64,000 nt of DNA from contig JAVRCV020000071.1 of assembly GCA_034530615.2 (NCBI GenBank), forward strand, positions 64,001-128,000, in the 5' to 3' direction. Under the pieces are notes generated by a model. It saw nothing but the letters and a program-made list of their open reading frames with translations, searched no databases and was not told the origin of the DNA. Position numbers and translations under genes: made by a program. Position 1 is the first letter of the stretch. Each line of letters begins with the position of its first letter. Of this stretch, positions 52,244 to 62,598 are shown piece after piece. This DNA comes from Aulosira sp. ZfuVER01. Lineage in GTDB: Bacteria; Cyanobacteriota; Cyanobacteriia; Cyanobacteriales; Nostocaceae.

Positions 52244-53316
52244 GGCGTTGTTGCGTGAATAGGCAAAATGGTAAATTTTAGCTATCGCTTATGTTCTCTT
52301 GCCGCCTAGCCCAACGATGAAGACGAAAGCCCAGTATAAAGTTCGGAATTGGAACGCTTATGATGCAGCACTAAAGCAACGAGGCAGTATCAGTTTCTGG
52401 GTAAATGAAGAGATAATCGAGCAGTGGCGCAACCAGCAAAAAACTGGGAGAAAGGGAGCATCAAATTATTACTCAGATGTGGCGATCGCCACAATGGGTA
52501 CAATTCAAGCGGTGTTTCATTTACCTGGACGGCAAGCACAAGGGTTTTTAGAATCGTTGTTCATGCTCATGGGGATTGAGCTAGCAGTCCCGGATCACTC
52601 TACTCTATCGAGACGTTTAAGCAAGTTGTCGGTGAAACTGCCAGTAGTGCCAAAGGACAGAACTGTTCATGTAGTAGTGGATTCAACTGGTGTGAAAGTC
52701 TATGGTGAAGGCGAATGGAAAGTGCGTACACATGGGGTTGGTAAACGACGGACGTGGCGCAAATTACATTTAGGTATTGATGAGGAAAGTGGCGAAATTC
52801 TCGGCGCGGTTGTAACTACTAATGATGTAGCTGATTGTGAAGTGCTGCCTGACATATTAGAGCAGATTGAGCAGTCGATAGAGCAAGTATCTGGAGATGG
52901 TGGCTATGACACAAAAGGTTGTTACGACACCATTTCACAACGTGGGGCGAAAGCCACAATTCCACCACGTAGCAACGCCAAAATGCAGCAACCACACCCT
53001 CAAGCACAACCGCAGCCCCATCCCAGAGATGAAAATCTGCGGCGGGTGAACCAAGTCGGACGTAAGCAATGGAAACAAGAGAGTGGATATCATCGACGTT
53101 CATTATCCGAGACAGCCATATTTCGACTCAAAACCATTTTTGGTAGTAAGTTAAGACGACGCTTTTTTGACAATCAGGCTGTCGAGTTATTTTTGCAATG
53201 TGCCGCGCTTAATCGCATGATCCAGTTGGGCAAGCCGGACACTTACAAAGTAGAAAACTAACTTCTGTTCTAATGCCGGATTGGCGTGTCTCTTTTTTCT
53301 TTCATGCAACAAAGCC
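52244..53316 (+). mobile_element. Complete IS5-family (IS903 group) insertion sequence, 1073 bp
   Basis: TIRs GGCGTTGTTGCGTGAA / TTCATGCAACAAAGCC (14/16); perfect 9-bp TSD GAGGCAAAT at 52235-52243 and 53317-53325. Confidence 0.95.
52317..53261 (+). CDS. IS903-group DDE transposase
   Basis: NW.AY..AL.QRGS, PDHSTLSRR, DSTG.KVYGEGEW, WRKLHL, DGGYD, GYHRRSLSET. Confidence 0.95.
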   Translation: MKTKAQYKVRNWNAYDAALKQRGSISFWVNEEIIEQWRNQQKTGRKGASNYYSDVAIATMGTIQAVFHLPGRQAQGFLESLFMLMGIELAVPDHSTLSRRLSKLSVKLPVVPKDRTVHVVVDSTGVKVYGEGEWKVRTHGVGKRRTWRKLHLGIDEESGEILGAVVTTNDVADCEVLPDILEQIEQSIEQVSGDGGYDTKGCYDTISQRGAKATIPPRSNAKMQQPHPQAQPQPHPRDENLRRVNQVGRKQWKQESGYHRRSLSETAIFRLKTIFGSKLRRRFFDNQAVELFLQCAALNRMIQLGKPDTYKVEN

Positions 53317-53362
53317 GAGGCAAATTGTATTTTTACGTCAATGTCATAGTGGAAGAACGTTT

Positions 53363-53490
53363 TAAGTAGGTAGGTAGAAAATTTATAACTATGTCATTGC
53401 GAACGGAGCGCAGCGAAGTCAAGCAATCGCAAGGGTTTTGAAATTTTTACTTTTGTTATATAGTTAGGTTTATTTGTGCCTACCTACTTA
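53363..53490. mobile_element. MITE-like element (128 bp) with REP-like interior
   Basis: Perfect 12-bp TIRs TAAGTAGGTAGG / CCTACCTACTTA; interior GTCATTGCGAACGGAGCGCAGCGAAG. Confidence 0.75.
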
Positions 53491-53520
53491 CTACAACACA
53501 AGCTATTTAACTAGCAATAC

Positions 53521-54393
53521 TTAGCTTTGAGATAGTGTTTGCCACTGTTTATAACATTGCATTGACATGTTATGACGATAATGTTTGAATTGCATAATAT
53601 CTCTAAACCCAGCACACTCTCCTTGAAACTGCCCCCAGCGTTTAACTTTGATTCCTAGAGATAGCCTAGACACTAAAGTTCGTACTTGCTTAATTAACTT
53701 GAGTTGCTGAGGTACAAACCAATCATTCCACAGCACATTGTTTCTAGCTCCGTAGAAGTCCATACGATGCCAGTTACGTCCTGTGTTGGAAGCAGTATGA
53801 TGAATCAAAAATTGAGGAAAGTGATAGCAATACCAACTCTGTTGAAAAGCTCTGGCGGCAATTTCTATTTCTTCACCTTGGTGAATTAGTTCTTCACAGT
53901 AACCGCCTAATTGGATAAACCTTTCACGATGGAGAAGATGTCCACAACCTACGAAACCTCTAACTTGGTAGGGGTGAGTACCAAAAGACTGGTTTTGGTA
54001 CTTTGCAAGTACAGGGTTATAGATTGGAAAGCTAAGGCATAATAACTTATCTAGCGATTCAGCAAATGCGATCGCAGCTTCTAAAGAACCAGATACAGGA
54101 TAAGAGTCATCATCTAGACTTAGGTAGTATTTAGTCTGAATTTCCTGTGCTATCTGGTTACGACGGACAATCAAACCTTTTGATTCTGTAAATCGCTTGA
54201 GTTTAATTTGAAGTGATAAATCTGAAAGACTAAAAGGACAAGTTTCGTCAGAAGCATCATCAAAAATCAGTATAGGTAATGCTCCTAAACCTACTTCCTT
54301 AATTTTGGTAAGTGTATTTTTTAAATCCTGCCAGCGATTCTTAGTTGTAATGCCAATTGATACTAAGTCTGCTAAATTTTGAGTTATGGTCAT
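53521..54393 (-). CDS. Glycosyltransferase family 2
   Basis: ITTKNR, FDDASD, SLDDDS, QGEE. Confidence 0.88.
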   Translation of the reverse strand: MTITQNLADLVSIGITTKNRWQDLKNTLTKIKEVGLGALPILIFDDASDETCPFSLSDLSLQIKLKRFTESKGLIVRRNQIAQEIQTKYYLSLDDDSYPVSGSLEAAIAFAESLDKLLCLSFPIYNPVLAKYQNQSFGTHPYQVRGFVGCGHLLHRERFIQLGGYCEELIHQGEEIEIAARAFQQSWYCYHFPQFLIHHTASNTGRNWHRMDFYGARNNVLWNDWFVPQQLKLIKQVRTLVSRLSLGIKVKRWGQFQGECAGFRDIMQFKHYRHNMSMQCYKQWQTLSQS

Positions 54394-54971
54394 TGCTCGC
54401 TTCGATATTTAATGACTCTAGCTGGAACTCCAGCTACTATCGCCTTTTCTGGTAAGTCTTTGGTAACTACACTACCTGCACCCACAACGGTGTCATTACC
54501 AATAGTCACACCTTTAAGAATAGTGACATTAGCGCCAATCCAAACACGATCGCCTATTTGTGTAGGTTTGGCAATCATTGGTTGCTTCAAAGGTGGTAAA
54601 GTTAGGTCCATACCATGATCGTGGTCAGTAATGTAACAACCAGGACCAATAGCACAGTGATTGCCAATCTTTAGCGATAGATGAGCGTCGAGGAAAGTGT
54701 TGCGGTTAATGTAAGTGTGAGCACCAATATAAATTTTGGGATGTGGTTGAGGCTCACCGCTACAGAGAATTACTACACCGCGATCGAGGGCACAAGCACT
54801 CTCAATTTCAATATCTGCAAAATTGCTAGGTATTTCTATCTGCCGCATCCAGACATAACCATGCAAATTAACTCCCAATGATTGATAGTAAAAATTTCTC
54901 CAACGAGATGTTAGCCCTTGAATAGCTCTGTTGAGCATAAAAAATCCATTACTCATCAAGCGCTTTATCAC
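54390..54971 (-). CDS. Hexapeptide-repeat O-acyltransferase
   Basis: TDHDH, IGDRVWIG, AGVPARVI. Confidence 0.9.
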   Translation of the reverse strand: MIKRLMSNGFFMLNRAIQGLTSRWRNFYYQSLGVNLHGYVWMRQIEIPSNFADIEIESACALDRGVVILCSGEPQPHPKIYIGAHTYINRNTFLDAHLSLKIGNHCAIGPGCYITDHDHGMDLTLPPLKQPMIAKPTQIGDRVWIGANVTILKGVTIGNDTVVGAGSVVTKDLPEKAIVAGVPARVIKYRSEQ

Positions 54972-55023
54972 TCATCTTTACCTAATATCAACTAATTTTT
55001 TAATGTTTTATTAAGTCAAACAT

Positions 55024-55220
55024 CCTATTCTAAATTTTGAGATTGGTAATTATCATAATTGGCCCAATACCTTTGAAATAATCCGTTTAAGTAGTATATG
55101 CAGGGTAGGCAGTGCCCACTAAAAACCAGATCTGGTGGGTACTGCCCACCCTACTCTAAATTTTGAAATTAGTAATTATCGTGATTGGCTCAATACCTTT
55201 GAAATAATCCGTTTAAGTAG
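55024..55220. repeat. 71-bp direct duplication (55024-55094, 55150-55220) flanking a REP-like hairpin
   Basis: 65/71 identity; between the copies CAGGGTAGGCAGTGCCCAC...GTGGGTACTGCCCACCCTAC. Confidence 0.85.
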
Positions 55221-55909
55221 AAACCACTCAAAAAATGAGATGCCATTATCCGATTAGTTTTTGTGAAAAAAGAATGGATAGGGGATATTGCTTGCCCTTG
55301 ATTTTCAGCTAATTCCCAACTAGCTACTAAATCAACTTTTATAGGCTGCCAGCCAGTGGCTTTTGTCATATCCATAAAGGAGTAATAGTTAAAGTAGCCT
55401 ATATGACCCCATGTTTCTCTTTGATTGGAGTAGTTGTTATGGCGAAAAGTTGAGAAATTATCAAGTAATGGTTGGCGTACAATTATATATCTACTGTTAT
55501 CACGAGCAATCCGCAGCATTTCCCAAGGATTCTCTAGATGCTCCAGCACATCTATAAATAAAACTACATCAAACGGGCCATCTGAAGACTCAAAAAATTT
55601 CTGGTGCAAGTCAAGGTTAGGGAAAAGTTCCCGACCAGCTTTGACAGCATAGGGAGATATTTCAAAGCCTACTGCATCAACTGCCAGATTTTGATAGTTC
55701 TGTGTTAACTGTTTTACAGTTTCTACAACTACGCCACCTACGCCAGCACCGACATCAGCTATCCTGAGTACATCACTATTAATTGATGCGATCGCAGCCT
55801 TTAGAGCAGGCATGATATCTCTGACTTTATAAGTTGCATCATCAAGGTGCCAATCTCGATGCCTCAGTCCATACTCTCCACTTGTATATAAATTTATTGC
55901 CTCAACCAT
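55190..55909 (-). CDS. Class I SAM-dependent methyltransferase
   Basis: ADVGAGVG, GFEIS, FDVVLFIDVLEHL. Confidence 0.88.
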   Translation of the reverse strand: MVEAINLYTSGEYGLRHRDWHLDDATYKVRDIMPALKAAIASINSDVLRIADVGAGVGGVVVETVKQLTQNYQNLAVDAVGFEISPYAVKAGRELFPNLDLHQKFFESSDGPFDVVLFIDVLEHLENPWEMLRIARDNSRYIIVRQPLLDNFSTFRHNNYSNQRETWGHIGYFNYYSFMDMTKATGWQPIKVDLVASWELAENQGQAISPIHSFFTKTNRIMASHFLSGFYLNGLFQRY

Positions 55910-56872
55910 TTAAGTTTTCACCTCATAATAAGTGTTTTTATAAAATGCTAATATCAGTTGTGAAATAGCAGCTAATTTACCAAATAATAGCGCTGGTAAT
56001 TTAATCCAACCTTGCACTGAAATCATAAATGCAATAATCCCAAAAATTTCAATAACCACTAACTTAAAATAATCAATGGGTGTTCGCCTTTCCAAAATGC
56101 AAGTCATAACATAGTGACGGTTAATCAACTCCATTTTGGCAAGAACACTAGGATTATTCTTATGATCTCCAGGTTGACTGTCATGAAAAATTTGGGCGGT
56201 GCGAGCATTTGCTAATTTCCAATTTTTGCCTACCATCAGAGAAAGAGCCACGTCTTCCATCAGGGAATATCCCGTAAAGTTAGGGGGAAACAAGGGTTGA
56301 GGAAGTGCTTCTTGCCGATAAAGTGTGCAGGTTGTGTTGAGCCACTCTACAGGGACAACTTCGGGTAAGCTAGGATTATCCTCTGGTAACAAATTGAGTG
56401 CTGGACCTATGCATTTACCAGCATAGCTATTCTCTGAACGACCATGTAAAAAATGAAACAGCAGACGGCTCACTCGGCCGGGGGATAAGTAGCGCTGATT
56501 AACGATCATGGCGTTAACACCACCAATGTGTGAATCGCTTTGCAGTGCAGACCAAAGTCTTGCTAAACACTCTGGCTGCAATAGAATGTCATCATCCATT
56601 AACCAAATCACCGTTTGAGTGGCATAAGCTAGAGCTTGATTGCGTTGAGTTGCGGCTCCAATCTCAGTAGCTCGGTAGTATCTTATTTGAGTTATTAGTT
56701 CAGGAATGTGGCTCTGACAAAGTTGCTGAGTTTGGTTATCTTCAGAGCCATCAATCACAATCATTTCTGTTGGCTGTGCTGACTGTTGAGCAAGGCTTTG
56801 GAGCGTTTTAGCAAATACAACAGGACGGTGACGAGTAGGAATAAGAGCAGAGATAGGAAGCTGAATCGTCAT
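55910..56872 (-). CDS. Glycosyltransferase family 2
   Basis: LIPTRHR, QRN, MDDD, LMED. Confidence 0.88.
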   Translation of the reverse strand: MTIQLPISALIPTRHRPVVFAKTLQSLAQQSAQPTEMIVIDGSEDNQTQQLCQSHIPELITQIRYYRATEIGAATQRNQALAYATQTVIWLMDDDILLQPECLARLWSALQSDSHIGGVNAMIVNQRYLSPGRVSRLLFHFLHGRSENSYAGKCIGPALNLLPEDNPSLPEVVPVEWLNTTCTLYRQEALPQPLFPPNFTGYSLMEDVALSLMVGKNWKLANARTAQIFHDSQPGDHKNNPSVLAKMELINRHYVMTCILERRTPIDYFKLVVIEIFGIIAFMISVQGWIKLPALLFGKLAAISQLILAFYKNTYYEVKT

Positions 56873-56915
56873 CTAGCTAGTGTGTAAAAATATTTTTTAA
56901 GAGTAATTGAAAGCG

Positions 56916-58139
56916 CTAAATTTTGAAGTCGATTTGTTTAAATAATTGTTCAAATCGCCTTTTCCAAGTGTGGTCGCGCAAGGCTCTTTGATAACCTGCT
57001 TCTCGTAATTTTTCTGCTTGTGATAAGTGGTGGAGGTAAAACCGCATCTTATCTAGCAACTCATCAGGATAACGGTAAGTGTCAATCTCCTTACCTAGTT
57101 GATAAAATTCTGCAATCTCATCTGTATAGCCTGTTAAATAGCAAGTGCGACACATTGGAGCTTCAAAATCTCGCAAGCGCACATGGGGAATTAACTTTGA
57201 ACCAGGAAACCCATCTGACCAAACATCGCTGAGATTCATAATTACTTCATACTGCGCAAATGTTTGGCTAATATTCTTAGCAAAACCACAAGCAGCAGTA
57301 GTAAGTATAGGGGCTAATTGGCGGCTTTGATGTCGATAGTATACCTGCTTAATAATTCGCTGAATTCCTGTAATAATTCCTTGATTTTTTATATGACTCC
57401 AAGCTGTTTGAGCATAACTTTTCAGGCTACCTGGCTGTTGTAATTGCCGTCCTAAATACTCAGTTTGTGGTTGCTCTAGGGGCTGTAAAGAACTTTTGAC
57501 AAGTGCAGCACTACTCCAGCCACTACCATAAATATCCAAAGGAATTTGATTTTCTATCAATGTGGCGAGGAGGCGATTACGGTTTGCATAACGCTGACCC
57601 ACAAAACAAGCTTTAGCCTGACGGGTTGAGCTTTTTATAGGATGATAAATTTTTGGGTCTGCACCCATTTGTACCCAAATTGGGTTAGCACCAACTTGAA
57701 GATAGAGTGATCGCGCTGCTTTTTCTGGATGCCAAGAAAATTGAACTTTAGTAGCAATTTCTGCAACTAATTCAAATTGGTAAATACTATTGCAGTAAAA
57801 GTTAACTGTTGGAATCCCCAACCGATGAATTTCTGCAAAACCTTCTGGTTCAAAGTGGGAATTATAGAAGTAGCTCAAGAATAAATCAACACGTTCTTGG
57901 AGATGAGCTTGTCGCACTTCATCTACAATCTTCTGAGTAATTTGAGAGCGAACTTCTTGCTCTTGTTTTGTGAAGTTAGTAGGAATTTGCATAAACTGAC
58001 TGGCTGGGAGTAAATCAACTTGTGACTCAACAATTTGATGCCCCAGTTGTCGTAGCGCTGGATAAAAGTTCCCACTCCATAATCCACCGTAGTAAAATTC
58101 AGGATTAATTGAGTGACGTACAGCAGTAAAAATTCGCAT
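56916..58139 (-). CDS. CgeB-like glycosyltransferase
   Basis: FVGQRY.NR, YGSGW, RLRDFEAPMC, HTWKRRF. Confidence 0.8.
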   Translation of the reverse strand: MRIFTAVRHSINPEFYYGGLWSGNFYPALRQLGHQIVESQVDLLPASQFMQIPTNFTKQEQEVRSQITQKIVDEVRQAHLQERVDLFLSYFYNSHFEPEGFAEIHRLGIPTVNFYCNSIYQFELVAEIATKVQFSWHPEKAARSLYLQVGANPIWVQMGADPKIYHPIKSSTRQAKACFVGQRYANRNRLLATLIENQIPLDIYGSGWSSAALVKSSLQPLEQPQTEYLGRQLQQPGSLKSYAQTAWSHIKNQGIITGIQRIIKQVYYRHQSRQLAPILTTAACGFAKNISQTFAQYEVIMNLSDVWSDGFPGSKLIPHVRLRDFEAPMCRTCYLTGYTDEIAEFYQLGKEIDTYRYPDELLDKMRFYLHHLSQAEKLREAGYQRALRDHTWKRRFEQLFKQIDFKI

Positions 58140-58142
58140 CTT

Positions 58143-59027
58143 TTAACCAAATTCTGCAAGACGTTCCTCTGGAAGCATAATTATGTTGGCATAAGGACTT
58201 AGCCAAATATCTTCCGTTACAGAAACGAAACGTTTTGTTGACATATCAAACATTTTTAATAGATATGAATATTTCTTAGCCAAGTTCTTTAAATCTTTAG
58301 GAGTTGCTCCAAAGCTTGGCCATGTATTAGTTCCATACTCTGTGATTATCACAGGTCTGAAAGTAGACAATACATTAGTTGCAGAATTTAATACATCTAA
58401 CTCTGCACCTTCAATGTCAATCTTCACAAGATCTACTTTAGGTAAACATTGTTCATGTACAATATCATCCAAGGTCTGACCTAAGACTTTGAAAGACTCA
58501 ATAGAGCCACCACTGACTAGTTTCCCTTTTCGTAAACTGGAGTAAACATCACCTCCTTCAACTGGCATAAAAAGATCAACTTCGCCTCTTTGGCTTGTAA
58601 GAGCGCAGTGAATTGGAATTCCCAACTGATTTAATTTTAAATTGCGCTCCAACAAAGAAAAGGTAATAGGGTTTGCTTCAATAGAAATTACTTTGCCTGC
58701 TTCACCTACTAATTTGCCTGCTTCAATTGAAAAGTAGCCTATGTTAGCTCCACAATCAATAAAGTAATCTCCTGGCTTTAAAAAATAGCGCAAAGCTAAC
58801 CGAACATCTGGTTCGTATTGATCAACACCAGGATAAAAGCAGTGCGTAAAAGAATGACCAGGCTCTAACAGTAAAATGCCACCATTGGGTAAATGATGTA
58901 GCAGGGACTTACTAGGATTAAGCGACCAGTAGCATTGGCTGTAAAAACTGCGGGCTACTAACTTAGCACTCACCTCAGCGGCCGCGGGGTCAGTAAAACA
59001 CTTTTTTAGAAATCTCCAGATATTCAT
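58143..59027 (-). CDS. FkbM-family methyltransferase
   Basis: IDCGANIGY, IEANP, KIDIEGAE. Confidence 0.92.
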   Translation of the reverse strand: MNIWRFLKKCFTDPAAAEVSAKLVARSFYSQCYWSLNPSKSLLHHLPNGGILLLEPGHSFTHCFYPGVDQYEPDVRLALRYFLKPGDYFIDCGANIGYFSIEAGKLVGEAGKVISIEANPITFSLLERNLKLNQLGIPIHCALTSQRGEVDLFMPVEGGDVYSSLRKGKLVSGGSIESFKVLGQTLDDIVHEQCLPKVDLVKIDIEGAELDVLNSATNVLSTFRPVIITEYGTNTWPSFGATPKDLKNLAKKYSYLLKMFDMSTKRFVSVTEDIWLSPYANIIMLPEERLAEFG

Positions 59028-59041
59028 AAATTTAACTCTTA

Positions 59042-60019
59042 TTATGCCGATACAATGTGCTTTTTGAAAAACCTAACAATATTAAAATATCTTTTGGCTG
59101 AAGCTAATCTTTCAGCTATAGCAAATCCCAAGGTTCTATAGCATATCTGGTATAAGAAAGGCGCTGTTGTTTTAGATGGAATAAAATTTTTATCTCTGTT
59201 ATTTAAACTACAAATTATTTTAATTGCCCACTCTCGATCAAAATTCCAGATAATTCTAGCGCTATCAAATTTAGCCTGATTAATCAATGTTAGCATTGCA
59301 GCATTTAGACTATTAGTGTTTTCTAGATATTCTTGAGCTTGCTGAATTATTTCTAATCTACGTCTATAAGTCTCGGTTATTCTGTTCGTAGATACTGTAT
59401 TTTTGCCAAACATCCTATATACTGCACCTATTTGCTTGCAATAAGCTAATTTTTTTTGATGCATTAAACAACGAAGATATAATTCATGTTCTTGGCAGCA
59501 TGGTTGATCTAGCTTCCAGCCTCCTACTTGAAGAATTGCCTGTTTTCGCCAAAGACAACCTCCAGTTTGTGGCAACTGCCATTTAATTAAAAGTATCCAA
59601 GGATCGTGAGGTTCGGGAAGAGAATATACTATTTTTTCTGGAGGTTTGCTGTTAGGATATTCAACAATTATTGAGCTATAGATAATATCTACTTCTGACA
59701 GAGAATTTAAATATTTAACTTGTTGTTCTATTTTATCTGTCAATAGATAATCATCAGCATCTAGATACTGTAACCATTCACCTGTACTAAGTTCTAGTAA
59801 TCTGTTTCTGGCTACATTACCCCCACGATTGGGACCAGTTTCCCAACGAATGCGATCGCCAAAGCGTTTAATGATTTCTAAACTTCTATCTGTAGATCCA
59901 TCATCAACAACAATTACTTCTTTGTTGAAATAAGTTTGATTTAAAGCACTTTCTATGGCTTGAGCAATCCATCGCTCGGCATTGTAGCAGGGAATTAAAA
60001 TACTAACTTTTGGTAGCAT
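59042..60019 (-). CDS. Glycosyltransferase family 2
   Basis: IPCYN, VDDGSTD, LDADD. Confidence 0.92.
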   Translation of the reverse strand: MLPKVSILIPCYNAERWIAQAIESALNQTYFNKEVIVVDDGSTDRSLEIIKRFGDRIRWETGPNRGGNVARNRLLELSTGEWLQYLDADDYLLTDKIEQQVKYLNSLSEVDIIYSSIIVEYPNSKPPEKIVYSLPEPHDPWILLIKWQLPQTGGCLWRKQAILQVGGWKLDQPCCQEHELYLRCLMHQKKLAYCKQIGAVYRMFGKNTVSTNRITETYRRRLEIIQQAQEYLENTNSLNAAMLTLINQAKFDSARIIWNFDREWAIKIICSLNNRDKNFIPSKTTAPFLYQICYRTLGFAIAERLASAKRYFNIVRFFKKHIVSA

Positions 60020-60080
60020 GATATTTATGATAATTAAAAGCTAAATATACCCGCCTTATGTAAGTAGTCACCTTTTTTTC

Positions 60081-61178
60081 TCACGAGATGAGCATTGCCT
60101 GATAAACTTGTTGAGTTTTCCTTCCTATATTTTCCCAGTCAATGCGATCGCACGCTTTTTTAACTAATTGACTTAATATAATTAAATCGCTCTGCGTACT
60201 TTCTTTTAAAGCTTGTAGTAGCCCTTGACAATCTTCTGGATCATACAGTAACCAATCAGCTGTACTTAAGGTTTCAGAAATACCGCTGGTACGAGGTGCA
60301 ATAATTGGTTTACCATAGGACATTGCTAAAATGAGGCTTCCTGAAGTCAAAATCCTCTTAAAAGGAAGTACTATGACATCAGCTGCACTAAAAAAAAGAT
60401 GTATTTGGCTATCTTCTACAAAATCTGGATGAAGAAAAACTCTCTCTAAATTTGAGGCTTGCTCTTTAAGCTTTTGACCGTAAGCTTCATTCAATGGTTT
60501 TCCTACTATTAAGAGGCTATTTTCTTGCAAAAATTCTTTGTTGTCTTTCCAAACTTGCAGTAAGTCTTCAATCCCTTTGTAAGGTCGCAACATACCTAGG
60601 TTTAGATAAACACGCCCAGAGAGTGGAAGTCCAAGTGCTTTTCTTGCTGCTACTGGATCGATTAAACTATCGTAAACTTCCCGATAATGCCCGTGGGGAA
60701 TAACCTCAGTTTTTAAAGCGTTAACTTTATAGGTTTGAGCAATATCTTCTAAAGCTGAAGATTGGTGAACAATAATTTGATCTACTAGTTTCAGTAAAAT
60801 TCGTTGAGTCCACATCTCTAGAAGGGGAAACTGGGAATCATGAGAAATTTGATTGTGGATTGTCCAAACTACTTTTACCCCAGCCCATTTAGTAAGTACA
60901 ATATCAATTAACAATTTGATGCTATAAACAAGTTTGCTGAGGCTATTTTTTCCTTTAAGGTAAGGGCTTAGCCAATGAATATGTAAGATATCTATTTGAT
61001 TTGCGTTAGTTTTAACAACTCTGAAAATGGGAAATACTCGACGATAACCTGTAGGAAATAATACTTCTACTCCTTGACTTTGCAATACTTTCGCCAAGAG
61101 TGTTTGATAGGGGTTATCAACTCGGTAATCTGGCATCATCAAAACCCGTAAAGGTTCTATTGAAGTATTAAAACTCAT
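60081..61178 (-). CDS. Glycosyltransferase family 4
   Basis: NPY, HIHW, LRPYKG, LTSGSLILAMS. Confidence 0.88.
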   Translation of the reverse strand: MSFNTSIEPLRVLMMPDYRVDNPYQTLLAKVLQSQGVEVLFPTGYRRVFPIFRVVKTNANQIDILHIHWLSPYLKGKNSLSKLVYSIKLLIDIVLTKWAGVKVVWTIHNQISHDSQFPLLEMWTQRILLKLVDQIIVHQSSALEDIAQTYKVNALKTEVIPHGHYREVYDSLIDPVAARKALGLPLSGRVYLNLGMLRPYKGIEDLLQVWKDNKEFLQENSLLIVGKPLNEAYGQKLKEQASNLERVFLHPDFVEDSQIHLFFSAADVIVLPFKRILTSGSLILAMSYGKPIIAPRTSGISETLSTADWLLYDPEDCQGLLQALKESTQSDLIILSQLVKKACDRIDWENIGRKTQQVYQAMLIS

Positions 61179-61319
61179 GGCTGCAACTCTTTGAAGAATC
61201 GCTGCGTTACTAAATGTTGAATACCTTCGCTATACATTAACCGTATCTCGGTAGTGATCACTCCAGAAACCATGTTGATATTTTTCCTGGATTTTGAGTA
61301 CCAAAGAACCAAGGGACAT
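61175..61319 (-). pseudogene. Probable internally deleted gene remnant
   Basis: ATG overlaps the upstream stop (TGATG) giving MSLGSLVLKIQEKYQHGFWSDHYRDTVNV*; in another frame MYSEGIQHLVTQRFFKELQP* ends in an ATGA overlap with the next start. Confidence 0.6.
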
Positions 61320-62383
61320 CAGTGGCTAATCCTTGTTTTAGTCAATCCCAAAGCTTGGCGAAACATTCCCCATGTTGCGCGATGAGACAAATATGATGGA
61401 TGCTGAACGAGCATACGCGAGGTTTCTGTAATAAATTTACCTACCTGCCTAGTTTCATAAAAGCTGGCAACCTTGCGTAAATCCATAAAAAACTTGCACT
61501 CCGAAATCTTGTGTTTTACGTAGATCTGATCCTGTATGGATAACTTAGGTAGAAATTTGGGGATAATTTGGAAGTCTTCTTCTCTAAAAAGGCCCAGCCT
61601 ACCTTTGGAGACAGTTTTACTCTGGCTATGTAAACGAGCTTGGGCTAATACATCTGGGATAATTTTGGGCGTAATGTTGTCTACTAGCAATCGCATATTA
61701 AATTCCGAATCCATGCAGTAATGTAAAGATTCATCAAAGAACCCGTAGTTCTTCAAAATTTTGGTTGACATGAAATTTGAAACCTGAATTGCAACACCTC
61801 TAATAGGGCCTTCCCAACGGATTAAGGCCTCCTTCACGCCAGAAAATGCTGAGGGAATCAGTCGTTCTAAAACAACACCAATTTCATTAATATATTCTGC
61901 ATACCCAGTAACCCAATATATGCTTGAATCTTGTTTAAATTGAGCAGCAACTTTCTGAAATGTTCCCTTTTCATACCTATCATCACTATTTATGTATGCC
62001 CAGATATCTCCAGAAACTTTCTTCAAACCTTTGTTAATAGCATGGCTTTGCCCATTGTCTTTTTCACTCACCCAGTAGCTAAGATAATTAGCATACTTTT
62101 GAATAATTTCTATACTGTTGTCAGTGCTACCCCCATCAATAATGATATATTCCAAATTTGGATAGTTTTGTAAAATTACAGAGCGAATAGTTTCTTCTAA
62201 AAATTGACCCTGGTTATAAGAAGGTGTAATAATACTAATTTTTGGATAAAAATCGATATCAAGCTCTGAGTTAGATAAATTCTCTGTTTCTTGATTCCAC
62301 GGAAAACCACTTTTTCCGTCCGGAGGCGGAGGTAGTTTTGATAGCAGTCCATTAAACATATTGTTGTTCAAATCCATAGACAT
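61319..62383 (-). CDS. Glycosyltransferase family 2
   Basis: LPPPPDGKSGFPW, TPSYNQG, DGGSTD, INSDD. Confidence 0.92.
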   Translation of the reverse strand: MSMDLNNNMFNGLLSKLPPPPDGKSGFPWNQETENLSNSELDIDFYPKISIITPSYNQGQFLEETIRSVILQNYPNLEYIIIDGGSTDNSIEIIQKYANYLSYWVSEKDNGQSHAINKGLKKVSGDIWAYINSDDRYEKGTFQKVAAQFKQDSSIYWVTGYAEYINEIGVVLERLIPSAFSGVKEALIRWEGPIRGVAIQVSNFMSTKILKNYGFFDESLHYCMDSEFNMRLLVDNITPKIIPDVLAQARLHSQSKTVSKGRLGLFREEDFQIIPKFLPKLSIQDQIYVKHKISECKFFMDLRKVASFYETRQVGKFITETSRMLVQHPSYLSHRATWGMFRQALGLTKTRISH

Positions 62384-62598
62384 TTTTTAAAATATCAATA
62401 ATGAGGTTTATCTGTTTAGCTTCTTAATACCCAAGTTTTAGCTCTATTCTAAGAAATTTCGAGAATGAAAAAGGTATGGATGACAAAGCATAGTTACACC
62501 AATTTAACCCAGCAATTTAAGTGGTTTTGTTGATTCAATACAGAGATTTGTATTTGATTTAATAACAAATTCTGGTATAACCAATTTCTATTTAACTT

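Noticed and set aside
55024..55220. Diverged repeat pair at a gene 3' end, resembling a DGR template/variable repeat
   Set aside because: Mismatches are not adenine-specific on either strand, mostly lie outside the CDS, and no reverse transcriptase is present.
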